Source of the DNA: Octopus sinensis
Taxonomy: Eukaryota
Direction of reading: 5' to 3'
Assembly: GCF_006345805.1 (NCBI RefSeq)
Contig: NC_043011.1
Coordinates: 60,152,464-60,216,463, forward strand
Length of the DNA: 64,000 nucleotides
The position numbers were made by a program, and so were the translations under genes. Below are positions 38,518-50,827 of this stretch, piece by piece. Each line of letters opens with the position of its first letter. Positions within the stretch are counted from its first letter, which is position 1. A model generated the notes under the pieces. That model ran no database searches. It worked only from the letters and a program-made list of their open reading frames with translations, and was not told the DNA's origin.

Positions 38518-38834
38518 AGAATAAGAGAAAGATGATGAAAGAAGTTGGAAGTCATAATAAGATGCGACTGAAACACGATTCACAGTTGTCTCCTGCACAT
38601 GCGAATATAATATTATCATTGACTAATATTGCTTTTAGCTTTTTTTTTATTGCTGCATAATTATTTCTTGTTGACTGTTTAATGTTTCCTGCATTAAACA
38701 TGTTACAACTAACTTAACTTTTGTCATGAAAATCTAACTGAAAATCTTTTTTTTTGCATTTGGTGTACAAATTTTGAAATCTTTATATAGATTTAAATAC
38801 TGATTTGAATAAAAAAAAAAGATTAAAAATAAAT

Positions 38835-38876
<42 letters not shown>

Positions 38877-38881
<5 letters not shown>

Positions 38882-39294
38882 TGCAGGCATGGCTGTGTAT
38901 AGGCACAAGTGTGGCTGTGTATAGGCACAGGTGTGGCTGTGTGGTAAGAAGCTTGCCATGGTTCTGGATTCAGTTCCACTGCATGGCACCTTGGGCAAGT
39001 GATTTCTACTATAGCCTCAGGCTGACCAGAGCCTTGTGAATGAATTTGGTAGATGGAAACTGAAAGAAGCCTGTTGTGTATATGTGTATATATACATATT
39101 TGTGTGTGTGTGTTTGTTCCCTACTTGACAACCAGTGTCGGTGTGTTTACGTCCACGTAACTTATCAGCTTGGCAAAAAGGACCAATAGAATAAGTACTA
39201 GGCTTACAAAGAATAAGTCCTGGGGTCGATTTGTTCAACTAAAGGTGGTGCTCCAGCATGGCCACAGTCATATGACTGAAACAAATAAAAGAAT
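38877..39294 (+). mobile_element. tRNA-derived SINE, family A, with a triplicated 22-bp 5' end
   Basis: Three 22-bp units, then a normal body and tail. Confidence 0.9.
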
Positions 39295-40190
39295 ATACAA
39301 AAGTCTGACACCTCATCTCCTCATTTCTTTCCAGTTCCACCTCAACCAATCCAACTCTCTCTTCTATAAAGTAAGTCTTCTGGCTCCCCTACAGCAAAAA
39401 AACCTATTCTGTTTTGGCCCCTTCTCTATCACTTTAATCTCTCATCCCAGGGCATAAAGCTTTCTTGCTCTTTACTGTATCCCTACTCAGATGAAGGGAA
39501 TCTTAAGCTTGCAAGCCAAATGGTAATCTCACTTGTGCTGGAGGCACAAAAAAGGCACCCTGTACACTCTCTAAAGTGGTTGGCATTAGGAAGGGTATCC
39601 AGCCATAGAAACCAGGCAAAAACAGACACTGCAGTCTTCAGACCCACTGGATTCTGTCAAGCTGTTCAGCCCATACCAGCATGGACTATGAATGTTAAAT
39701 GATTATGATGATGATGAATGACGATGATATGAAAATACGGTAAATTATGAAGCAAAGTTAATGTTAACAGAATTAATGTATTTTATTAATTATTTCCTTC
39801 AGTCTAACAATTATTAATATTGCTTTGTGGTGTATCTGAGAGATTAAGCCACCTCCAAAGTTCTTTTGTGTGTATTGATTGTAATTGTACTTTATATGTA
39901 GATCAGCTCTGATTAAACAGACTTATGATCATTGTAGCCATGACAAAACTCTCTGATGAAGCAAGCCCTAACATCAAAAGGCATGCTGGCAGTGACCATC
40001 CTGTTTAGTTAGCCAAACTGAGTGTATCTAGAATTACACACTAAAAAAACACACACACACACACACAAAAAAAAAACCCACTGGCACGGTGTCGGTTACA
40101 ATAATGGAACAGCCTGCCCGTGAAATTAACATGTAAGTGGCTGAATACTCCGAAGACATCCATACACATAATGTAGTTCCCAGAGAGATC

Positions 40191-40550
40191 ACTGCCTTTA
40201 GTCGAGCAAATCGACCACAGGAATTATTCTTTGTAAGCTTAGTACTTATTCTACTGGTGTCTTTTGCTGAACTGCTAAGTTACGGGGATGTAAATACACC
40301 AGTATAGTTTGTCAAGTGATGTTGTGGTGGTGGTGGGGGGACAGAGGCACACAAACACACACACACACACACACATATATACATGATGGGCTTCTTTCAG
40401 TTTCTGTCTACCAAATCCACTCACAAAGCTTTGGTCAGCTTGAGGCTATATCAAAAGACATTTACCCAAGGTGACACACAGTGGGACTGAACCCAGAACC
40501 ATGTGGCTAGAAGGCAAGCTACTTACCACACACCCACTCCTGCACCTATA
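40191..40550 (-). mobile_element. tRNA-derived SINE, family A
   Basis: Head and core present; tail truncated. Confidence 0.87.
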
Positions 40551-40763
40551 TCGATTTGTTTTATCCTTTATTTGTCTCAGTCACTCGGCTGCAGCTGTGC
40601 TGGGGAACCAACTTGAAGGGTCTTAGAGGAATGAATTAACTCCAGTATGCACACAGCTCTCTCTCACTGTATGTGTGTGTGTGTGTGTGTATATATATAT
40701 ACGTGTGTGTGTCAATTATTAATTGATTTATCTCTATTTTTTTTTGCTTGTATATATATATAT

Positions 40764-41387
40764 GTTAGTTGGTTAGTTAGTTAATTTGGCTCAAAAGCAA
40801 ATAGCAAGGCCATGTAGGGGGACATGGAGTTAAGTACAGGGTGGTGTTCATGTAAAGAGTTCAGGCCACTTGAGGTCCAGGGAGGCTTTGAACAAAGCGG
40901 TCGTTGGCATCTTCACCATCTCATCTGGCAGCTTGTTCCACGGATCCGCAACCCGGACGGAGAAAGCTCCTCTCCTTCGATTGAGATGAAATCGTCGCAG
41001 GTAGAGCTTTTCGGAATGACCCCGCAGCCGACGCTCCGGAGCAGGAGTGAAGAACAGCTCTTTCGAGAGGTTACACTTCCCGCTTATGATGTTGTGGGCG
41101 AGAATGAGATCACCACGGCGGCGGCGTTTTTCAAGAGAATAAAGGTCGAGCGTCCTCAGCCTTTCTTCGTAGGACAAATTTTTGAGACCATGAACCAGGC
41201 GGGTAGCCAGCCTCTGGACTCTTTCGAGGTGCTGTATGTCTTTGAGGATATAAGGAGAAGAGGCTTGAATCCCATACTCCAATATGGGTCTCACCAGCGT
41301 GACATAGAGTGGCAGGAATATGGCTGCTGTGAGCACTCCGAATGACCGTCGAATCAAAAACAGAATTCCACGCGCTTTGTTGGCAGT
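40764..41387 (-). mobile_element. 5'-truncated CR1/L2-clade LINE (ORF2 C-terminus, 3' UTR and (TAAC)n tail)
   Basis: Uninterrupted frame of about 180 codons: ANKARGILFLIRRSF...LYVTLVRPILEYG...LERVQRLATRLV...LSYEERLRTLDLYSLEKRRRRGDLI...RGHSEKL...FSVRVADPWNKLP. Stop at 40848-40850, followed by the tail aactaactaaccaactaac. Confidence 0.92.
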
Positions 41388-41675
41388 TAGGGTATATTCT
41401 GTGAAGAATGTAGTAGAGCACAGTATAAAGCTTGTCCACCTTCAGAATTCACCTTCTGCTATCCAGTTGTAGCATTCTACACATTTCCAGGTTTGTGTTT
41501 GGGCATCTATCGTATGTGAACAGGTAATTGAAAAAACACAACTAGATCTCATAATGCAGGGAAACAGTTGCATAATAAAGTACCTGCATGCCTGGAGAAC
41601 TACATTGCATGGAAACAATTGTAGTGATTAAAAATAAATGTCCAGCCATACTTCTTGTTGACTCCAAATGTTTTC

Positions 41676-41708
<33 letters not shown>

Positions 41709-41713
<5 letters not shown>

Positions 41714-42062
41714 CGCAGGAGTGGCTGTGTGGTAAGTAGCTTGCTAACCAACCACATGATTCCGGGTTCAGTCCCACTGCGGCAAGTGTCTTCTGCTATA
41801 GCCCCGGGCCGACCAATGCCTTGTGAGTGGATTTGGTAGACAGAAACTGAAAGAAGCCTGTCGTATATATGTATATGTATATATGTATATATGTTTGTTT
41901 GTGTGTCTGTGTTTATGTCCCCGTTACTTAGCGGTTCGGCAAAAGAGACCGGTAGAATAAGTACTGGGCTTACAAATAGAATAAGTCCCGGGGTCGATTT
42001 GCTCGATTAAAGGCAGTGCTCCAGCATGGCCGCAGTCAAATGACTGAAACAAGTAAAAGAGA
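41709..42062 (+). mobile_element. tRNA-derived SINE, family A (young)
   Basis: ataggcgcaggagtggctgtgtggtaagtagc...gaaacaagtaaaagag. Confidence 0.92.
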
Positions 42063-42387
42063 AAAAAGAGAGAAAGATATATATATATATATGCCCGAAA
42101 TGCCATGTAGTGTGACTGAACCTGGAATGATGTGATTGGGAAGTAAACTTCTTAACCAACAGCCATGCCTGCACCTATATATCTACTTTGTTTCAATAAA
42201 TAAACTATGGCTTAACCTTATTCCTGATGTATGTTAATCAACATTTTCCTTCAAAACACAAGAGATGAACAAAGAACAGTTCATAGACAGGAATCTAATT
42301 TGCTACAGTTTGTGCCAAAAACGAAAAACATCTTGGAATGAACAGAGGAGGAAATAAAACAGTGGAAGAGCGATCATAAACTACAGT

Positions 42388-42508
<121 letters not shown>

Positions 42509-45123
42509 GAATAATCTTTTGAAATGGATAATAAGGAAATTTCAATTAGTGAATAAATTGTTTTCAATGTCAATGAATTAGTTGACTGAGATAGTCAACA
42601 AATTTTACTTTCAAATGATATCGCTTAGATATTCTATTTTTACTCTACAACGGACTGGACTGAGTACAGTGTAATGAAAAAACTGCAAGCGAGGTGATTA
42701 ACAGAACTTGGAAAATAGAATGAGTGGACAAAAAACAAACAAACAAAAAAAACTGTTCTCAGTAGTGTGGTTAGAGATATCACTGCTGCTGGTTTCTAGC
42801 AGACACAAGGCCTTGAATTTGAGAAAGGAATCCAGTAAATTCTCGATATTTTTATTGCATTTTTAAAAATATTTTTCAAGAGTTGACAAAATAAAAAAAG
42901 ACTAGAGGGCTTCTAGTCCTTTTTTATCCTTCAAGAGTTGACAAAATAAACACAGAAGGCAAAGCATTTTGTCTGCAGGGCAAGTCAGTTACATCAACCC
43001 TGGTGTTTGACTGGTCCTAATATTATTCATCCCCCGCCCCCAAAGGTAAAGTTGATCTCAATGGTATTTGAACTTAGAATGTTAAGAGCCAGAAGAAATG
43101 CCACTAAGAATTTTACCCAGTTCAGTTTTGGATTTAGGGCACAAGACAAGCAATTTAAGGGGTGTTAGTTGATACTAATGACCTAAGTATTTGATTAGTG
43201 CTTTTGTTTATCAACACCCTGGAGAAATGAATGACAAAGGTCACATCAGGATTTGAACACAAAACCTAAACATTTAGAAGAAATATCACTCTAATGATTC
43301 TCCTGAACCTTTTGTTTTTAATATGTGAGACAAGGTCTGAAATCTGAAGGGTGGGAGTTTTGCTGATTTCTGTAACTGAGTGTACTTTGTCAGCTTTTAT
43401 TAACTGATAAGTTAACATCAGTTATATATGGTTTATTTGGGATATATTGGAGGAATTTGTCTAGGAATTGTTTGAATGTTATGAGGTTTTTTTCTTCTTC
43501 TCTTATGTCTTGGTATGACGTCAAAGAGAAAAGCCAGTTGAAGTGAAATAGTTCTGACTTAGTGTTGTGATGTGATGTGAACAGTTAAAGGAAAAGCTGC
43601 AAGTGAGGTGATTAACAGAAGTTGGAAAATAAAACGAGTTGACAGAATGAGTGGACAACTCTGGTAGAGAACAGATGGTGCAGGGACCAAGCTTAGAGTG
43701 CATTTTGAAGTTGATGCCAAAATCCTTTGGGCAATGTTGATGGAATATTTTCCACATCATGCAAACAATATAGAACTCACAGTGGAATTAGAGAGAATAA
43801 AGTTTGAGCTTCTCAAACTGATCCCAATAATCAAGATCATTTTAATTTATTTGATCCTACCCATAAAGATATTGGTCAACCTGAGGCTCTGGCAGAAGAC
43901 ACTTGGCCAAGATATTGTGCTGTGGAATTAAACTTGGAACCAACCAATAGTTGTGAGACAAACTTCTTAATCATGCAGCTATGGCTGTTCTCATATGAGT
44001 AAATATATTTTTGTGAATATAATTGGGTTTTTTTCCTTTTATTATATGTGATATCTAATATGATTTTGGTTATCCACAGAAGTAGTTTATATCATCAAGA
44101 AAGTTTGTGCCTTGATATTTTGACAAGAAGAAGAAAAATCCATGCCGACATGGATATTTACTAATGAAAAGAAACACACAGAAACTGTGAAACAAAATAT
44201 TTGAAATAAGACTCTTTTTACACAGTCTGTTGAACATTTAAAAGCAAAAATTCCAAATTTAATATTAGACACACGCCATTAATAAAAAAAAAAAGAAACA
44301 ATGCAATTCAAGTTATATTGAAAATTGTTAAATTTAATTCTCTAAAGCTATCAACACTAATGCAAATAACTATTTAAAACAATTCTTCATGGAAATTAAT
44401 TCTAATAAAATTACAAAAGAGATCAATGTTAAGTATTATCTGTCTTTTTGCTAATGTTCTATTTGATGCATACACAACTATGCTTGTGAGTGAACGTGTA
44501 GAAATTCAATTAACACTTTGCTTGGCAAAACAGTTTTGATTTATATGGGAAAGTATTGATTTCTTATATAACCACAAAGTTTTGGAAGAGGGAACAGACG
44601 ATTCTACAGACCATATCTCTCCTTGACATTGGACTAGTACTTTATTTTTTTGAGCCCATTTCACCCCCAGAAGGGGGAAAAGCAATACTGGCAAAATTTA
44701 AACTGAGAATGTAAAAGAACACAACTAAATAATGGAGAGTGTTTAGTTCAATGAATGTTAATACACAGAAATAACGTGCTGGAAGCCAAAATTTAAAAAT
44801 CACTAATTGTATCAGCTTCATAAAAACATTTTAGTTTCTTTGGATCTTACATAGTGTCAATCTCTCCCACTTATTTTGGATACCATCTAGTTGTTTTTGT
44901 TAGTACTAGGTTAGTTCCATTGAGCATATGTTTGATCAAAAGCATTCCAGCCACACCCATCCAGTCATTTTATTTTCAGGTATAATGTATCTAATATTCA
45001 TTTTTTAAGTGTATCTCTACAGATTTTCAACAGAAATTAGAGCCAGCATCGAAAGTTACTAAGTTTCATTTATAAATACAAATACGTAAAAAATGCAACC
45101 GAAAAAAGAAAAATAGATAATTA

Positions 45124-45170
45124 GTGTACATGCACATTTCAGGAGTTATTACTTCTTCTTCAGTATCACA
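45124..45170 (-). ncRNA. Decayed hammerhead-like motif
   Basis: The reverse complement reads TGTGATA-CTGAAGA-AGAAG TAATAA CTCCT-GAAA-TGTG-CA-TGTACAC. TGTG fits a deaminated CGCG; stem I is poor. Confidence 0.3.
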
Positions 45171-45206
45171 TCCAACCCATTAACCATCCATGAACACATT
45201 GCTTAA

Positions 45207-45423
45207 CCCTTTCATTGCTGTATTTATTTTGTTCTGTGTTTCTTTCAATTAATGTTAAATATAACAAAGAATTTAGTAAAATAACTTAGTTGTCATTCAA
45301 CTAGTGTTAGGAACATAAATTGTGATTAAGGTTTGGTAGAAGATTTTAATTCAAAACTTATGGGAACAAGACACTTGCACTACAGCGCCAGAGGTGGTTT
45401 CACCCGATTTGGTATCGAAAGGG
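45207..45423. mobile_element. piggyBac-type MITE (217 bp)
   Basis: TTAA|CCCTTTCAT...ATCGAAAGGG|TTAA. Degenerate relatives lie near 5990-6140 and 54130-54310. Confidence 0.8.
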
Positions 45424-48400
45424 TTAAATAACCAGCAAATACAGCAGTGTAACACTATTGGACAGACCAGTATGGCAACTGGTATGCACATACTGATTGT
45501 TGGTAGGGATGCTGTATTTTGTTTTGCAATCATAATATACTATGAAGATTATTAAAGGTTTAAAATGTATCTAATAATTCATTATCTAATGTAGCCATAG
45601 GTAGCATCTTCCTTTAAGAAGATGAAGTAAGATTTTTAAGGAAAATTGGTTATTTCTAACTGTTTGAATAACTAAATACAAACTCCTTTATTATTAATGC
45701 CAAGTTCTTTTTCAAAATGTATGTTGAGAAGTTAAACTGTCCTAACCCTTGCCAGCATGGAAAACAGATGTATGATGATGATGAGCCATTTCTTTTCAAA
45801 ATAGTTATCATTTCTGACCAAGCAAACCTATGATCAAACAGGTTATATCCATGACCATCCCATCCTACCAAATATAGTGTATCTTGGTCTACACAATCCA
45901 ATGTGATCCTCTCTTTTCAAGACAGTAGAGTGTGGCTTGACATATATTTTTGTTTTGTTTTGGCTGCTATTTCTTGCAGTTCCAGCAAGTATGTAGAGGC
46001 TTCCTCATTTTCTCATTGCATGGATATAGAATCAGAAAGTGTTAAGAGGTGGCATGGAGGAAAAACGGGGTGGAGCCTTGTGGGTGGTGGGGTTTGAAAA
46101 TGAAGACTTGATTGATGATGTTATTAGATTAAAACATGAAAAAAGATATGCCACAGCCACATACACACCGATTGGATACAAAACATGAGAGAAATAATCC
46201 TATGTGTCTAAATTTGGTTTAGATGAATTATTATTAATCAATACCGATGGAATGACATTTGTTTGGAATGCTAACCTCAAGTTTCCCATATTGTAACACT
46301 AACATACATTTCAAACGATCATTATTATTATCATTATTGCAACCATTATTATTATAACTATTATTATTGTGGTGGTGGTGATTACGATGACGATGATGAT
46401 GAACAGTGAGCAAATCGTTTGAAATGAATTGTTTTATGAAGAAGAAAAGACAAGAGCAGCTCTGAAAAACTATTCTTCAGCAGAAGAATATGTTACACTA
46501 CAGCTCCAGGCAATCTGTTTAACCAATGCCAAAAAAAAAAAAAAAGGGTGAAATATTTGAATCTTATAGAATATGTTACACAGTGGCTTTTAGACTGAGT
46601 CTAGTTGTTGCTGTTTAACCTCAAATCAACTCAGTTTCTGCAGACACAGTCAAATGGTATCTAATCTCTCTTCTTTTCAAAAATAGTGTTTCTAGTACTG
46701 CATTATTCAATGAGTTTCTCCTACCTTCTATTTTAAGACGGTAGGTTGTGAATTGAGGGACAATTTGTTACTTTTTCTCTCACAAATCGAGTAACTACTA
46801 CTTGGTGGTTTCCTCATTAGCTTGAGTCAGTTTTGTCAAAATTTCTCTTAAACAGCAGTTTGATTGACAGAAAGTAAAATATAATTATTTAATTAACTAT
46901 ACAGATGTTTACCTCATTTGTGCACCTTGAGTTTATGATTGGTTAGCTGTCATTCTTAATAATAATTGAACGACTACATTTTAAATTAGAATTCTGTTTA
47001 GTTTCTGGCAGGTAGTTTGCTGCCAGTTTTTATACTGATTAGCTTTGGCAATTAATCTTCTGCTCACCAACCCATTTGAAACAGCTAAGTGGGTGACTGA
47101 AAGAAGAATCCACCTAGGTATGCCTACCCGGTAACTTAAAAGTCGGTAATCCAAAAACTTCAAGCAAATAATAGTTTCAATATTGCTGTACAGATAGAAT
47201 GCAGCATGACTGAATGGTTAAGAAGTTTTCTTTGTAGTCACATTAGTATAAAGGAGCCGTGCAGGTGCCATGTATGAAGCACCCGTGGTGATGCCCAGTA
47301 CATTCTGTAAAGTGGTTAACATTAGGGAGGGCATCCAGTCATAGAAACTCTGTCAAACCAGACAATTTGGAGCCTGGCCAGCTCCTGTCAAACTGTCCAA
47401 CCCATGCCAACATGGAAAACAGATGTTAAATGATGATGATGATGATGATGCTGCTGAATGAAAGCCTATGGTTGAAACTGTTGATTCTGATGTCTATTTG
47501 ATACAACAAGCCAAGGAAACCTCTACATACTCATTTCGTATGCTAGAAATGGTAGCTAGATATCCAAATCTCTCTCACATCAAACCCTGCTATCTTCACA
47601 AAAAAAAAAAAAAGGAAAGGTTATATAAACACAGGCATGGCTTTGAGGGCAAAAGTTGGCTTCATACACACACACACACACACTTATTTGCAAAATTTAG
47701 AAGTCAGTTATAATGGCAAGTGTCTGAGAGTTTCAAAATTTATATAATTGAAAATTTCTTTTCTCAAGTGACAGTACATATTGAATTTAAAAATGGAAAA
47801 TTTCTGTGAACCTCTTAACAACTTTTACCTCGGGCCATTCATAATAAACGGCATGTTTTACATAGCTATTATTGAAAACTGGATAATGACAAGAAACTAT
47901 CAGAAATCCTTGAAATAAACATATATATTGGCATTTAAAATGTGTATTTTAATAGCTAGAGATTAAAAAAAAAAGTCTTTGCTGAACATTATAGGATATT
48001 TTTTGATTTTATTACCCTCTGGACAACACTTTTTCTTGTTTTATTTATTTATCATTTCTTTTTTTACTTCAGTTTTTGCTTTTGTTTCAACACAACTATA
48101 ATTCTTTTTTCTAATAAACTGGAAAGAAATTTGTCTTCATTCTTTAGAAAGTAGCTTTTAATCATTTTTACGAAAATTGAAAAGAAGTTCACCAAAACAA
48201 TTTTCTTAAATTACTAAAGTATTTTGTGTTGGTGTAAGCAATGATGTTGTGACATTAATGCCTCTCTTCTTGGCATTACTTATCCAGTGTTAATACGAAC
48301 AACAACAGTAGGTATCATTAACTACAGTTTTTCACATGGTTGATATATTCTCTGAACAATTTGATTCTTTTACATCAATCGTTTACAATATTGTACACAT

Positions 48401-48808
48401 ATAGGTGTAGGAGTGGCTGTGTGGTAAGTAGCTTGCTTACTAACCACAGGGTTCCAGGTTCAGTCCCACTGCATGACACCTTGCGCAAGTGCCTTCTACT
48501 ATAGCCTCGAGCTGACCAAAGCCTTGTGAGTAGATTTGATAGATGGAAACTGAAAGAAGCCCGTCGTATATATGTATATATATATATGTATGTTTATATG
48601 TTTGTGTGTCTGTGTTTGTCCCCCCAACATCGCTTGACAACCGATGGTGGTATGTTTATGTCCCCGTAACTTAGCAGTTTGGCAAAAGAGATTGATAGAA
48701 AAAGTACTAGGCTTACAAAGAATAAGTCCTGGGGTCGATTTGCTCAACTAAAGGTGGTGCTCCAGCATGGCCACAGTCAAATGACTGAAACAAGTAAAAG
48801 AGTAAAAG
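48401..48808 (+). mobile_element. tRNA-derived SINE, family A
   Basis: Full length. Confidence 0.92.
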
Positions 48809-48861
48809 TGTATATCTTCTGATTCTCCCATCACTAATTCAGCAAGAGCAATGAAGGCTAT

Positions 48862-48905
48862 GCTTTGCTGATAAGACCATAATAAGATTGAAACGTGTTT
48901 AGAGT
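48862..48905 (+). ncRNA. Decayed hammerhead-like motif
   Basis: GCTTTG-CTGATAA-GACC ATAATA AGATT-GAAA-CGTG-TT-TAGAGT. G8 is changed to A and the stems are wobbly. Confidence 0.35.
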
Positions 48906-49324
48906 TTACTCCCATATCTTCTAAAATAATCAAATTTCCTGCTTATGGCATAATTCAGTAGTTATACATGTCAATCATGTTTAGTCCTCCCTTACATTTG
49001 TATGCTGCGTGCACAGGTGTGTGTGTGTTGAGTTCACCTAAAGAGCCACAATGTTACTTATAGACAAGCTGTCAAAAACTATGAGGAAAATATGTTTTTG
49101 ATATTATATGAAATAGTCTGTATCTGCTATAATCCTTATATCTTAATTATTTGAAAGATTTCTTAGTAACTAGATTTTTAGGAAGACGTCATTAAAAGTT
49201 TCCAGTCTCTTTCCTGAAGCTATGTATTTTTCTACAACACTGTATGTACACATTCTGAATCAAGCATTGTTTCATAATTATTTTTCTAAGCTGTTAGAGT
49301 GCATCGATGTTTATAATAATAATA

Positions 49325-49489
49325 ATAATGAAGAAAGTGAAGATAATGCCAATTATTGTTGTGTCTTTGGGGAAAGTATCAGAAGGTATCAAGAGGAATA
49401 TAAAGGAAATCGGAATAGTGTGCCCAGTAAAACTGTTACAAAGTGTTTGCCTCACTGCCAGAATAACCAAAAATGTATTAAATAGTTGA
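49325..49489 (+). mobile_element. 3' end of an R4/Dong/NeSL-like (restriction-like endonuclease) non-LTR retrotransposon
   Basis: KVKIMPIIVVSLGKVSEGIKRNIKEIGIVCPVKLLQSVCLTARITKNVLNS* resembles the VVPVVIGALG...LLQKAALLGTARILRKVL terminus. It is directly preceded by (TAA)n. Confidence 0.7.
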
Positions 49490-50099
49490 AAAGAACAGAT
49501 AGCATGGTGTATTTGGAAGGCCACTAAGGGTGTGTGTAGAACAAAAACTTGGGTTTGGTATGTATGTGTATATGATATATATATATATATACACAAAATA
49601 TGGGGGTTCAGTTCACAGGTGACCTAAATGACTAGGTACACTAGGTAAGTGCTGTAACGGATTACCAAGGCTCCAGATTTACAGCCAAGATGGTAGTTAT
49701 GGAGCCATTGTACATTTCCGATACAGCGGATGTATAATTGTTAAAGAGGACAACAAACGTAAAGGCAAGGCAAACATCTCAAGTCATACACATTATTATT
49801 ATTGGGAAAAATTGAAAGTCTTATGCTGTTTCTGGGATATCCCAGAGAATGGGATATTCCGTCATTAGAAACAAATAGGGAAAATGAGAAGGGTACAAAT
49901 TGGATTTTGACAACCGATGGTGGTGTGTTTACGTCCCTGTCACTTAGCGGTACGGCAAAAGAGACCGATAGATTAAGTACTGGGCTTACAAAGAATAAGT
50001 CCTGGGGTCGATTTGCTCGACTAAAAGGTGGTGCTCCAGCATGGCCGCAGTCAAATGACTGAAACAAGTAAAAGGGTAAAGAGTAAAAGAGTATATATA

Positions 50100-50421
50100 T
50101 TGTATTTGGGGATGGTCATGCTGCTAGTTCAGCCAATGAAAACGCATGCACTATATATTTGGTGTTCACTTGCTTCAGCTTTATTTTATATTAATTGTAT
50201 TCTGTCCAGAGTTCTTTTGTCACACTTCTGTGACCTCATCAGAAAAAACAAAAAGAGAAACAAGAAAGCAAAGGACCACTGATGAGGTCACAGAAGTGTG
50301 ATGAAAGAACTCTGGCCGAAATACAATTGATATAAAATAAAGCTGAAGCAAGTGAACACCATGTATATAGTGCGAGTGTTTTCATTGGCTGAACTGGCAA
50401 CATGACCATCTCCAAATACAA
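50100..50421. repeat. Inverted repeat with 143-bp arms and a 36-bp spacer (Penelope-like pLTR relic)
   Basis: Arms 50100-50242 and 50279-50421 differ at 14 positions by manual alignment (about 90% identity). Each arm begins inward with CTGATGAG. Confidence 0.93.
50273..50318 (+). ncRNA. Type I hammerhead ribozyme motif in the right arm of the inverted repeat
   Basis: GGACCA-CTGATGA-G-GTCACA GAAG TGTGAT-GAAA-GAAC-TC-TGGCCG. The core is intact, with one extra nucleotide after A9, a 6-bp stem II, a partly decayed stem I and a minimal stem III. Confidence 0.55.
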
Positions 50422-50592
50422 CAGTATCTGTATCAACACAGGAATTCTCATCAAGAATCTTGCAAAATGAATACATAAATGTATATATACATATGTATAT
50501 ATATGTAGTGAATCCAAACAAGAAAAAAAAATAACACAAGAACATGGTACAAATACTGTATTATCAGATGCTCAGGAAAAGAAGGAAAGAGG

Positions 50593-50627
50593 ATTTAATG
50601 TTTCGAGCCAGGCTCTTCTTCAGAAAT
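50593..50627 (-). ncRNA. Minimal hammerhead motif in a Penelope-like LTR fragment
   Basis: The reverse complement reads ATTT-CTGAAGA-A-GAGC CTG GCTC-GAAA-CA-TT-AAAT, with a 4-bp stem I and 4-bp stem II. Stem III is probably an ACGT palindrome that lost its CpG. Confidence 0.55.
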
Positions 50628-50827
50628 AGAAGAAAGTCCAAAAGAAGGGAAGACAGAGGAATAAAATCGCCAACAATACAGACGCGATTATATACATGTA
50701 TGTATATAGATAAAAATATGTATATGTTTATATATGATGTTGCTATTGCAGTTAAGTTCCTCATCAACCCCTAATCAAGCAGACCAATCATTTTGAGCAG
50801 TATTTATGATTTCAATACTTAATGTGT

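Noticed and set aside
40824-41345. 173-aa plus-strand ORF
   Set aside because: Antisense shadow of the CR1-like ORF2.
42891-42927. Hairpin plus T-run resembling a bacterial intrinsic terminator
   Set aside because: Eukaryotic context. It is better explained as a template-switch scar.
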